In this document: in pieces, positions 56,172-64,000 of the stretch | How the letters are laid out: each line of letters starts with the position of its first letter | Numbering within the stretch: position 1 is the stretch's first letter | Source of the DNA: Candidatus Curtissbacteria bacterium RIFCSPLOWO2_02_41_11 | GTDB lineage: Bacteria; Patescibacteriota; Microgenomatia; Curtissbacterales; GWA2-41-24 | Length of the DNA: 64,000 nucleotides | Assembly: GCA_001775055.1 (NCBI GenBank) | Contig: MFBU01000015.1 | Span: forward strand, 4,487-68,486 | Direction of reading: 5' to 3' | Notes under the pieces: generated by a model | Seen by the model: only the letters and a program-made list of their open reading frames with translations | Told to the model about the DNA's origin: nothing | Databases searched by the model: none | Translations under genes and position numbers: made by a program

Positions 56172-56315
56172 ATGGATAAATTACCTATTAAATATTTAAA
56201 ATGGGCTCAACGAGCCGGTGGTGCAGGATGGAATAAACATGTAAGTCCCTGGTTAAGAAGAAAAGCCAATAAAAGAATCAGGAGGCTTATTAAAGCTGAT
56301 CTTTACAACCAATAA
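56172..56315 (+). CDS. Small basic protein (47 aa), not in ORF track
   Basis: MDKLPIKYLKWAQRAGGAGWNKHVSPWLRRKANKRIRRLIKADLYNQ*; TGcTAAAAT 7 nt upstream. Confidence 0.6.
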   Translation: MDKLPIKYLKWAQRAGGAGWNKHVSPWLRRKANKRIRRLIKADLYNQ

Positions 56316-56385
56316 ACCGCCTGGAAGCCGAGGGTCTAAAACCAAAACTCCTGCAATTTTTTGTCGAGGATGGTTTTGGAATAAA

Positions 56386-56910
56386 TTAGAGTTTTGCTGG
56401 CTGAGTTAGATCTGAGAGGATTTCTGCAACTTTGTCAAAAACATCAGGCGTATCTTGATGTTTCCCAGTTTCATCTTCAACATGAACTCCACCATTTCTA
56501 AATTCTGTTATATTTTTGTTTTTATCTTCATCAAAACTCGTGGACAAGTGCACAGAAGATACTCTTTTAGGGTGATTTCGTTCGTTTCTTATTCTTGTAT
56601 CATATTTGTATATGGACATCCAGGCATCGACTGGCATATTTGGGCCACCGTCCGCATATCTAAGGGGTTCTGAACTATACCTAACTGAGTATCCATAGTC
56701 CCCCTTTACAAAGTAAACCCCGTAATTGCTCACAGATTGAGGAGAGTGATGTCGAAAACTTCTTGCAAAAAAATGTTTGACTACGGCAGAAGTAAATTCT
56801 GGTGAAGCTGACAAACTTCCAATAAGCCCGACCATAATCTCGTGAGCTCTTCTTCCGAGCTCCTGAGAAGATAAAGCTTCTGTTGATGTTCCTAGTTCTG
56901 CAACTGGCAT
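56386..56910 (-). CDS. Hypothetical protein
   Basis: 174 aa; TTGACA-16-TATAAT promoter (extended -10) 8 nt before the ATG. Confidence 0.75.
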   Translation of the reverse strand: MPVAELGTSTEALSSQELGRRAHEIMVGLIGSLSASPEFTSAVVKHFFARSFRHHSPQSVSNYGVYFVKGDYGYSVRYSSEPLRYADGGPNMPVDAWMSIYKYDTRIRNERNHPKRVSSVHLSTSFDEDKNKNITEFRNGGVHVEDETGKHQDTPDVFDKVAEILSDLTQPAKL

Positions 56911-56971
56911 GATGACGAATTATAGCACTTTAGGCATAAATGTCAAGTCTATAGGTCTCAAACTTCTAAAC

Positions 56972-57174
56972 CAACAATTTTTAGATTATTGACAGAAAAG
57001 TTGTAAGTGGTAGTATGGAATTGTCTTATCAGCACGCCCCAAACAAAAAACCTTCGAGATTGAAGTCGTCATGTACTAACGCAATCTTCACTCAATGAGT
57101 ATATCTCACACCTGTCATTGCGAGCGAAGCGAAGCAATCTTACTTCTTGTCATTCTGAACTTGTTTCAGAATCT
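56972..57174. repeat. Duplicated junction unit A (promoter + GT 5' stub + REP)
   Basis: Aligns with 58691-58858; contains minus-strand VKIALVHDDF and GTCATTCTGAACTTGTTTCAGAATCT. Confidence 0.85.
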
Positions 57175-57199
57175 ATTTTTGTCGAGGATGATTTTAGGG

Positions 57200-57901
57200 T
57201 TAATTAGGAGTTTGACTTAGTCTACTAAAATAATTTTCGACAGCATAGAAATTTCTATCCTTTTCGTATATTTCGCAGGCTTTAGTTAACATCCTAAAAA
57301 CACTAAGCCTAGGCCTTGGATCATTTATGCTATAGAGTGCTGTACTTGAGGCTAATTCAATTACTCTTCCCACTTGCTCTATATTGCCATCGAATACGCT
57401 ATAAATATGTACGATTCCCTTCTTAAATAATTTTTCCTCTATATTTTCACTCTCTTCGCCAAAAGCTAAAGCCAGTTCGCCAGTTTCCCTTGCAGCATTG
57501 GCCAGTTTTTTGGCAAAATCTAATAGCAGGTCAATATCGCTCTCAGTAATTTCACCGCTTTCAAATCGTTTTCTGAATTGATATTGTTCCTCTACTGGTT
57601 GTTTAACTTTCCTTCTCAAGTTTTCGGCTACAATTGTCCGCACTTCCTGTGTCCCTGTTTCAATCATTTCTACAACTTCGGGGTAATCTCGTCTTTCTTC
57701 TTCGGTAGGTTCAGTCGGAAAATAAAGTTTTAAGGTTGGTGACGCAAGCGGATGATCAGGGTGATCTTCTGCCCATTGTTTATCCCTTCTATACAATCTT
57801 GCTATAGCCTCGGAGACCTCCTCATCTGTCAATGGGCGTTCAGGGAAGGTTTCGAGTAAACTGCTATACTTGCCTGTATTGGCAGATGCTCTTTCATCCA
57901 T
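57200..57901 (-). CDS. Hypothetical acidic protein
   Basis: 233 aa; TAATG coupling with the upstream ORF. Confidence 0.75.
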   Translation of the reverse strand: MDERASANTGKYSSLLETFPERPLTDEEVSEAIARLYRRDKQWAEDHPDHPLASPTLKLYFPTEPTEEERRDYPEVVEMIETGTQEVRTIVAENLRRKVKQPVEEQYQFRKRFESGEITESDIDLLLDFAKKLANAARETGELALAFGEESENIEEKLFKKGIVHIYSVFDGNIEQVGRVIELASSTALYSINDPRPRLSVFRMLTKACEIYEKDRNFYAVENYFSRLSQTPN

Positions 57902-58653
57902 TACTGGCTTCCTCTTTTTTTCTCAAGCCACGTTTGATAATCATCCCAATCTTCTTGATACTTTTGCCAAACTGGATTTTCACTAAGAGGCCAGCTTTCC
58001 CAGGGTTCAGCATTTGGCTTTTTAGCATTTAACACTTCAACCGCAGCATCAAGTCTCTCAAAAAAGTAGTCATGGAAATCGGGGTCAAATCTTTGCATAT
58101 CTTCCTCAGTTATTTCAAAATGATCAAATATCGCTAGTAAATCTCTTGAGAAAGCTGGATAGTGCCTCATCCTGTCAAAATAAACAATAGGTGTATCTTC
58201 TCTACCATGAGTAGCTGCAATTAGGCCTCTTAAAGCCGCTCCTCTTGCGTATCCTATCAGATCTTCACTAACCGCCCCTGTACGGAGGCTGTCAAAAGAT
58301 TCTTCAATTTTAGGAAGTTGGTTGATCGTTTTACCCCAACGCTGATGGGCAATTGCGTCTCTAAGCTTCTTTAAGACCTCTTTCTTGCTATCATCCGCCC
58401 ACATAACTGTTCTGGGGGTCTCGCTCTCTCCACAATTCGCAGCGTAATAGGCAAGAGCAATATCTTGGGCAAATTGTTCGTGATCACCCTGATAACCTGC
58501 GTCTTTAAGGCTCGCTAAGGACTTTTGAGCATAGTCTTGAATAATGCTTCTGTTAACTTTTACAAAAATACCTACACCACCCTCGGGATTATCAATTAGA
58601 AGTATTCGGTAATTTTCGTCTCCAAAAGGCCTTAGCCTCATTTCCCTAGACAT
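57901..58653 (-). CDS. Hypothetical protein
   Basis: 250-aa ORF with an upstream TTGACA promoter. Confidence 0.75.
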   Translation of the reverse strand: MSREMRLRPFGDENYRILLIDNPEGGVGIFVKVNRSIIQDYAQKSLASLKDAGYQGDHEQFAQDIALAYYAANCGESETPRTVMWADDSKKEVLKKLRDAIAHQRWGKTINQLPKIEESFDSLRTGAVSEDLIGYARGAALRGLIAATHGREDTPIVYFDRMRHYPAFSRDLLAIFDHFEITEEDMQRFDPDFHDYFFERLDAAVEVLNAKKPNAEPWESWPLSENPVWQKYQEDWDDYQTWLEKKRGSQ

Positions 58654-58690
58654 AGTAGGAGCATATAGTAGACTTGCGGACTTTAAGTGT

Positions 58691-58858
58691 CAACTTTTTA
58701 GATTATTGACAAAAAAGTTGCAAATGGTAGTATAAGAAAGTCCTATCTCCATAGCCCAAAGTAAAAACCTAGTAGATCGAAGTCATCATGGACGAGGGCT
58801 ATTTTCATTAGAAAGATTATATCCCATCCACTGTCATTCTGAACTTGTTTCAGAATCT
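58691..58858. repeat. Duplicated junction unit B (promoter + GT 5' stub + REP)
   Basis: Contains minus-strand MKIALVHDDF and the identical 26-bp REP at 58833-58858. Confidence 0.85.
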
Positions 58859-58956
58859 ATACTTCAGTTTGTATTAATGTATTAAAACATTTATACAAAA
58901 GAACTTGTGCATCTGTTGGTATTGGATTATCTGTCGAAACAACCTAAACACTATTA

Positions 58957-59703
58957 TTAAGCTGGAATTGGAATAGCTTTCTTATCCGACGGATCTGGTT
59001 CTAATTGTGGTTCTTTATCATCGCCATCTTCAAACTGATTAAAAACTAACTCTATCGTCCTCAATTTATCTAAATCATCTGGCAACCAAACAAAACATAT
59101 CCTTCCGTACATTTTATTCTCAAACTCCTCCAACTCCGTTTCCCCCACGTCTCCTCCCTCTTCTGACTTCTTCCTATTGAACATATTCTTCTCAACAACA
59201 AGAATCTCTTCTCCAGATTCTAGATGTTTCAAATTTTCTTTAACGAAAGGCCTATTGATATTCCAAACAAGAGTATACTCACAATCGCCTATATTTATAT
59301 CTACAAAGCTGTTTAAAAGCTTTGTGTAATCACTTGGTGAACGTGCAATAAAACTAAATCTTAATATATAAGGAATTTCTCGTGCCGTGGTATCGCTTTG
59401 GCTTATAGTCAATACAAAAGCTACATCGCCAAAAGGTTTCTCTAACGAGTGCCCACCTACAGGGATTTCGCCCATGGTCTCAATATCCTCACTTATTACG
59501 TCAATATACCCTTCAACGCCAAGATATAAGATTTTTCGCTGTAAAAGTACGATATAGTCGTATTCTTCAGGGATTGGAACTGGCTGTTCCCCATCAGGTT
59601 TAATAAAGCCTTCTGCTTTTTCAAATGGTTTAAATGGAATTCCGACTGAAACATCGTATGGCTTACTATGTTCAATCTGATCTCGCTTGCTCTCAGGCGA
59701 CAT
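58957..59703 (-). CDS. Hypothetical acidic protein
   Basis: 248 aa; TATAAT 8 nt before the ATG. Confidence 0.75.
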   Translation of the reverse strand: MSPESKRDQIEHSKPYDVSVGIPFKPFEKAEGFIKPDGEQPVPIPEEYDYIVLLQRKILYLGVEGYIDVISEDIETMGEIPVGGHSLEKPFGDVAFVLTISQSDTTAREIPYILRFSFIARSPSDYTKLLNSFVDINIGDCEYTLVWNINRPFVKENLKHLESGEEILVVEKNMFNRKKSEEGGDVGETELEEFENKMYGRICFVWLPDDLDKLRTIELVFNQFEDGDDKEPQLEPDPSDKKAIPIPA

Positions 59704-59775
59704 AGGGAGTCATTATATTAATTCTGGGAGTAATTATTCAATATGAATTATAAAAACCACTTATAAGTGGAATAT

Positions 59776-60972
59776 TCATACGAATACTGACTCGTAGACT
59801 CTCAAAGTTTCTTTTGCCATTCTTTGCCAAGAGTATTTTCTGACTTGCTGCAAACCACTGTCAATAAGTCTTGATCTGATCTTACTGTCAGATACTACCT
59901 GATTGATTTTTGAGGCGATGTCTTCTGGGTCGTTTGGATCAAAATATAAAGCCGCATCGCCATAAATTTCCTTAAGTGTTAGGATATCAGAGCAAACGAC
60001 AGGAATTTTGGCGGCCATGGCATTGAGACCGGGAATGCCGAAGCCTTCGGAAAGCGAGGGGAAAACATAGGCTTTCGCTTGGCGGAAAAGCACTGACAAT
60101 TCTCTAGCCGGAATATAGCTGGTCATAATTACCCTACCATTTAGCTTTTGATCTTGCACCTGTTTTGCAAGTCTTTGCCAGAACACGTCTCTTGAGCAAA
60201 CGAGAGTGAGTTTCAAGTTTCTGGTTTCTGGTTTATGGTTTATGGTTAAAATTTTGAATGCTTCAAGAAGCTTTTCTAGATTCTTATGCGGATAAGCATT
60301 GCCGACATAGATCATGAAGGGCGTTTTGATATGATACTCATTTAATAGTTTCGGGTTTCTAGTTTCTAGTTTCTGGTTATCAAAGTATTCTTCCTCTGCG
60401 GCTTCGTAGGTGACGACCACTTTTGAAGGATCAATTCGAAACGTACTAATGACTTCCTCTTTGATGTTTTTTGAGGGGACAATTATTTTTGCAGATTTTT
60501 TAATTGCATGGGCTATGACTTGCCGGTAAGCTAGTCTTTTGGCTTTAAAAATCAATAAGTTGCGGGCAGTTGTTGATGTTTCGGCAAATTGATGATGGAT
60601 AAGATCATGAATGGTCACAATAAATTCGCCTTTAAATTCGCTTCGCTCATGTAATCCGAGAAGGTTAAATCCGGGCGGATTATAAAAAATCGGCACATTA
60701 AAATGAGGAACATGTAAAAGGTCAAGGTTTTGGCTTCTAAAAATTTTAGGGAGTGTTACTTGCTCGATGAGGGAATACCAGGAAACATCGGCTAATATTT
60801 TTTTAAAGTTTTTGCCTAATTTGAGATAATCCCAATTCTCTTTTCGCAAAAAAATAAAATACTGATTTTGGGAATCGATCTTGACAAGATTCTGAATAAG
60901 TTTTTCCGTATATTTCCCAAGCCCGGTACCTGCCGGACCAACAAATCTGGCATCAATTCCAATTCTCACCAT
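59776..60972 (-). CDS. Glycosyltransferase family 4
   Basis: RIGIDAR, TIHDL, YVGNAYPHKN, SLSEGFGIPGL. Confidence 0.93.
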   Translation of the reverse strand: MVRIGIDARFVGPAGTGLGKYTEKLIQNLVKIDSQNQYFIFLRKENWDYLKLGKNFKKILADVSWYSLIEQVTLPKIFRSQNLDLLHVPHFNVPIFYNPPGFNLLGLHERSEFKGEFIVTIHDLIHHQFAETSTTARNLLIFKAKRLAYRQVIAHAIKKSAKIIVPSKNIKEEVISTFRIDPSKVVVTYEAAEEEYFDNQKLETRNPKLLNEYHIKTPFMIYVGNAYPHKNLEKLLEAFKILTINHKPETRNLKLTLVCSRDVFWQRLAKQVQDQKLNGRVIMTSYIPARELSVLFRQAKAYVFPSLSEGFGIPGLNAMAAKIPVVCSDILTLKEIYGDAALYFDPNDPEDIASKINQVVSDSKIRSRLIDSGLQQVRKYSWQRMAKETLRVYESVFV

Positions 60973-60979
60973 CGCCTCC

Positions 60980-61095
60980 TGTCATCCTGAGGGAGCGAAG
61001 CGACCGAAGGACCTCGTTTTAGAAGATTCTTCACGGAGTTTATCTTGAGACTCTTCACTCTGTTCAGAGTGACAAGCGAAAGATTCAGAATGACA
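60980..61095. repeat. Composite nested REP-like palindrome
   Basis: TGTCATCCTGAGGGAGCGAAGCGACCGAAGGACCT...AGATTCTTCAC...CAGAGTGACA...CAGAATGACA. Confidence 0.75.
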
Positions 61096-61111
61096 AAATA
61101 GTAGAAAGTCT

Positions 61112-61999
61112 TCATGCTCTTAATAATCGGATTTGTCCAAGTATTTTAATACCTAAAATTACAAGCCAAGTTATAAAAAAGGGGTACTGACTAGTAAAAT
61201 GTTTTTTATAAAAAAGCTCCATAGCACGGATTGACTCGGCAATAGCCTTTTTTTTAGACTCTCGGGTGGCTTTAGTTAAATGGGCTGATGTAGACTTCAT
61301 TCCGGAAGCCGCACCTTTGTAATGGATAATTTTGGTAATTGGCGTATAAACTATCTTGAAGCCGGCTTTTTTAAAACGGTAACACCAATCAAGATCTTCA
61401 CCGTAAAAAAAGAAATCTTCGTCAAATAACCCAACTTCGGCAATGGCAGATTTTCTGACCATCATAAATGCACCGGCACAGGAGTCGATTTCGTGCTGGT
61501 GATCGTCTGGAAGATAACCATAGTAATATTGATCAAGGATTTGTGAAGTGGCAAATATCTTGGAAAGTCCTGCAAAATGGCAAAAAGCGCGCCAAGGGGT
61601 TGGAAAATGACGCCGGCAATCTCGATCTAATTGGCCATTGGGAAGTTCAACTTTACATGTTGACACAGCGACTTGAGGATTGTCTTGCATAAAATCAATC
61701 ATTTTGATAATCGTATCCGACATTAGTCTGGTATCAGGATTTAAAATTAAGATATATTTACCCTGTGCCTCTCTTATTGCTTGATTATTGGCTTTGGAGA
61801 AGCCAAGATTTTGTTTATTAGCAATAAGCTTTATTTTGGGGAACTTTTTTTTAATCAATGAAACTGTTCTGTCAGAAGAGTTGTTATCAACTACAAAAAC
61901 CTCAGCACTGATAAATTGAAAGGCTTTTTGGATTGACTTTAGACAATCTACTAGTAATTCTTTGGTATTGTAGGAAACAATAATAATTGAAAGATCCAT
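61112..61999 (-). CDS. Glycosyltransferase family 2 (WbbL-like)
   Basis: SIIIVSYN, VDNNSSD, NLGFSKANN, LNPD, FFFYGEDLDWC. Confidence 0.93.
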   Translation of the reverse strand: MDLSIIIVSYNTKELLVDCLKSIQKAFQFISAEVFVVDNNSSDRTVSLIKKKFPKIKLIANKQNLGFSKANNQAIREAQGKYILILNPDTRLMSDTIIKMIDFMQDNPQVAVSTCKVELPNGQLDRDCRRHFPTPWRAFCHFAGLSKIFATSQILDQYYYGYLPDDHQHEIDSCAGAFMMVRKSAIAEVGLFDEDFFFYGEDLDWCYRFKKAGFKIVYTPITKIIHYKGAASGMKSTSAHLTKATRESKKKAIAESIRAMELFYKKHFTSQYPFFITWLVILGIKILGQIRLLRA

Positions 62000-63186
62000 T
62001 AACCGCCGCCTACATCTTGATAAACTCGATCAAGTCGATCTGAAATTTTCTTCCAGTTATATTCCTCTCTTACCAGTTTATATGCGTTCTTAGCTAATTT
62101 TTGACCAAGTTCTGGATTTTCTAGAACTTTGATAGTCTGAAGTGCCAAGTCTTCTGCTGACTGAGCAATCAAAGCATCCTTTTGGTCTTTAATATTTATT
62201 CCCTCAACCGCAAGTCTGGTTCCGACAATCGGAGTTTTGGTGGCCATTGCCTCCAGAATTTTATATTTTGTCCCCCGCCCGTTTCTGATGGGAGCCAAAA
62301 GCACATCAGCTTTTGCATAGGCAACTCGTATATCCTCAACAACCCCATCAACTCTAATATCCTCTGCTCTAAATTTCAAAATGTCCTTAGGAGGATTTCT
62401 GCCTACAATCCAAAGATGTGCATCCTTTAGCACTGTCTTAATCTTCGGCCAAATTTCCTCAACTAAAAATTGTGTGGCATCGCGGTTTGGAAGCCATTTA
62501 AATTGTCCCACAAACAGCACAGTTGGATTTTGGGGCTTATGTTTTTTAGTCATGGCGAAATAATCGATATCAACTCCGTTGGCAATTACATCAACTGTTA
62601 ATGGGCTGTGATTTTGAATAAAGGCACGATCATCATCCGACATTGCCGCTAGTCTTTTGGCGCGTCTCCAGTAGTATCTTTCCCACCATTTGATCTTAAA
62701 AACATCCAAAAAAAGGAAGGGTTTAATAGGCAATGCCCAGAAAGGCAATCCTTCAACAAATCTTTGATAGACTAAATACTCAATAACTTGTTCGACTAAA
62801 AATATGGGAATTTTAGTTTGGGGAATATTAGGCATTACATAAAAGGTTTCGGCATGGATCAGATCATATTTTTCATCTTCCAATTCTTGCTGAATGCGCC
62901 TTTTGACAAATGGACTGAAATAAATAGAGACCAAAAAGGGGTAAAAAGTAAATCCGGCAAGCAGAATGTTAATTGGAGACCAAGCTTTTCTTCTTCTAAA
63001 AATAATCACCTTTTGGCAATAAGGCGCAAGTTCTTTTAAATATTTTTCTTCAGCAGATTCTCGAATAAATGAGGCTAGTGTAATTTTATGCTTAGTGGCC
63101 AAATTTTTAAGAAGGTTATAAGTTCTGATCTGGCCACCAGAAACAAGAGGATATGGAAGATAGGGAGTGATCATTAGGATCTTCAT
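61999..63186 (-). CDS. Glycosyltransferase family 4
   Basis: MKILMITPYLPYP..SGGQIR, NGVD, GTKYKILEAMA; start ATG 63186. Confidence 0.9.
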   Translation of the reverse strand: MKILMITPYLPYPLVSGGQIRTYNLLKNLATKHKITLASFIRESAEEKYLKELAPYCQKVIIFRRRKAWSPINILLAGFTFYPFLVSIYFSPFVKRRIQQELEDEKYDLIHAETFYVMPNIPQTKIPIFLVEQVIEYLVYQRFVEGLPFWALPIKPFLFLDVFKIKWWERYYWRRAKRLAAMSDDDRAFIQNHSPLTVDVIANGVDIDYFAMTKKHKPQNPTVLFVGQFKWLPNRDATQFLVEEIWPKIKTVLKDAHLWIVGRNPPKDILKFRAEDIRVDGVVEDIRVAYAKADVLLAPIRNGRGTKYKILEAMATKTPIVGTRLAVEGINIKDQKDALIAQSAEDLALQTIKVLENPELGQKLAKNAYKLVREEYNWKKISDRLDRVYQDVGGG

Positions 63187-63187
63187 A

Positions 63188-64000
63188 TCACCTCCCGATG
63201 CATTCTTTAAACATCTCGACAATGACATAGTCTTGAGTCTTCTCGATGACTTTGCAATGACGGGCAAGATTTTGAATACCGGTATCGTTAACATCAACAG
63301 AAACTAAATATTTAGTACCTTGATCGATAAATGTTTCCAAGGGTCTGTCAACAATTGGATATCCATGGCGGTTTGTTTGATAAAGAAAGGCAGCATCGCC
63401 GTTATAGGGGGCAATAACAGTTGCATCTGTTGGAAGAAGTCGATCAACAGCACGACCAGCTGAAATTATTTGGGGTTTGTTGATCCAATAATAACCTCTA
63501 ATTTCGAATGCGCCGAAAGCAAAAATTAAAATAATTAAAACTATCGCAGCCAGCGGTCCGAAAAAACGATTAAATGATTGACTTGGTAAATTGAAAAGAG
63601 TTTTAGTACCAATTGACATAAAAATAACAGCGATAGGTATAAAGGGCACTTGATAATAATCATGGCGAATGTTGCCGGAGGCAAAAACTGTAAAATAGAC
63701 AGCAACTGCCAAAAGCCAGGAAAAATAAAACAGTTTTTCTTTCTTTATTGGTTTTTTCAAAATTCCCAGAATAAATAAAACAAAGCCGCCAACGGTTAAT
63801 ATGAGTTTATCCATTCGTTCGGCTATCAACCATCTAAAAAATGCCCCTTTAAAGCGAATATTGCTCTCGTTCAATAAAAACTGCCAATTAGGAATTCCTT
63901 CAGGAAATTGAGTCATCCAAATTCGCCAAACGACAAATGGCAAAAGAGTCAATGCGACAAAAATCCACAAGTTTAGTTTTCTGAACATTGCTAAACCATA
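63188..64000 (-). CDS. ArnT/PMT-like membrane glycosyltransferase, C-terminal part; runs off window edge
   Basis: Multiple TM segments, GNIRHDYYQ motif, glycan-cluster context. Confidence 0.65.
   Translation of the reverse strand, partial: YGLAMFRKLNLWIFVALTLLPFVVWRIWMTQFPEGIPNWQFLLNESNIRFKGAFFRWLIAERMDKLILTVGGFVLFILGILKKPIKKEKLFYFSWLLAVAVYFTVFASGNIRHDYYQVPFIPIAVIFMSIGTKTLFNLPSQSFNRFFGPLAAIVLIILIFAFGAFEIRGYYWINKPQIISAGRAVDRLLPTDATVIAPYNGDAAFLYQTNRHGYPIVDRPLETFIDQGTKYLVSVDVNDTGIQNLARHCKVIEKTQDYVIVEMFKECIGR

Overview
AT-rich bacterial chromosome segment that looks like Patescibacteria/CPR, Microgenomates-like. This is inferred from gene style, the alpha2-type GlyRS, IleRS2, DUF4012, frequent leaderless starts and the palindromic repeat types. 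The backbone is mostly on the minus strand: lepB, parB, rplU-rpmA, rodA, ileS, a near-complete dcw/peptidoglycan cluster (mraZ-rsmH-ftsL-ftsI-murE-[glmU::murC fusion]-murB-murA-metK-ddl-alr-murF-mraY-murI-murD-ftsW-murG-ftsQ-ftsA ... ftsZ), purF, glyQS, recO and a surface-glycan cluster. Three accessory zones interrupt it (6.6-18.2 kb, 19.3-22.8 kb, 55.3-59.8 kb). The most striking observations are: (1) a cassette-like array of small self-promoted genes splitting ftsA from ftsZ, punctuated by about 8 copies of a degenerate att-like motif; (2) a second array in which the first ~10 codons of a glycosyltransferase gene recur twice upstream with only synonymous changes, suggesting serial integration into the gene start; (3) a complete tRNA-Val nested inside the anticodon arm of a second tRNA-like shell; (4) a PaaX/Cas2-like gene bracketed by 32-bp palindromes, with a third empty copy elsewhere; (5) a two-copy two-hairpin leader motif; and (6) many in-frame 7-bp tandem repeats inside essential genes. 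No CRISPR array, rRNA gene or intact integrase/transposase was seen. All family assignments come from motif recognition by eye, not database searches.
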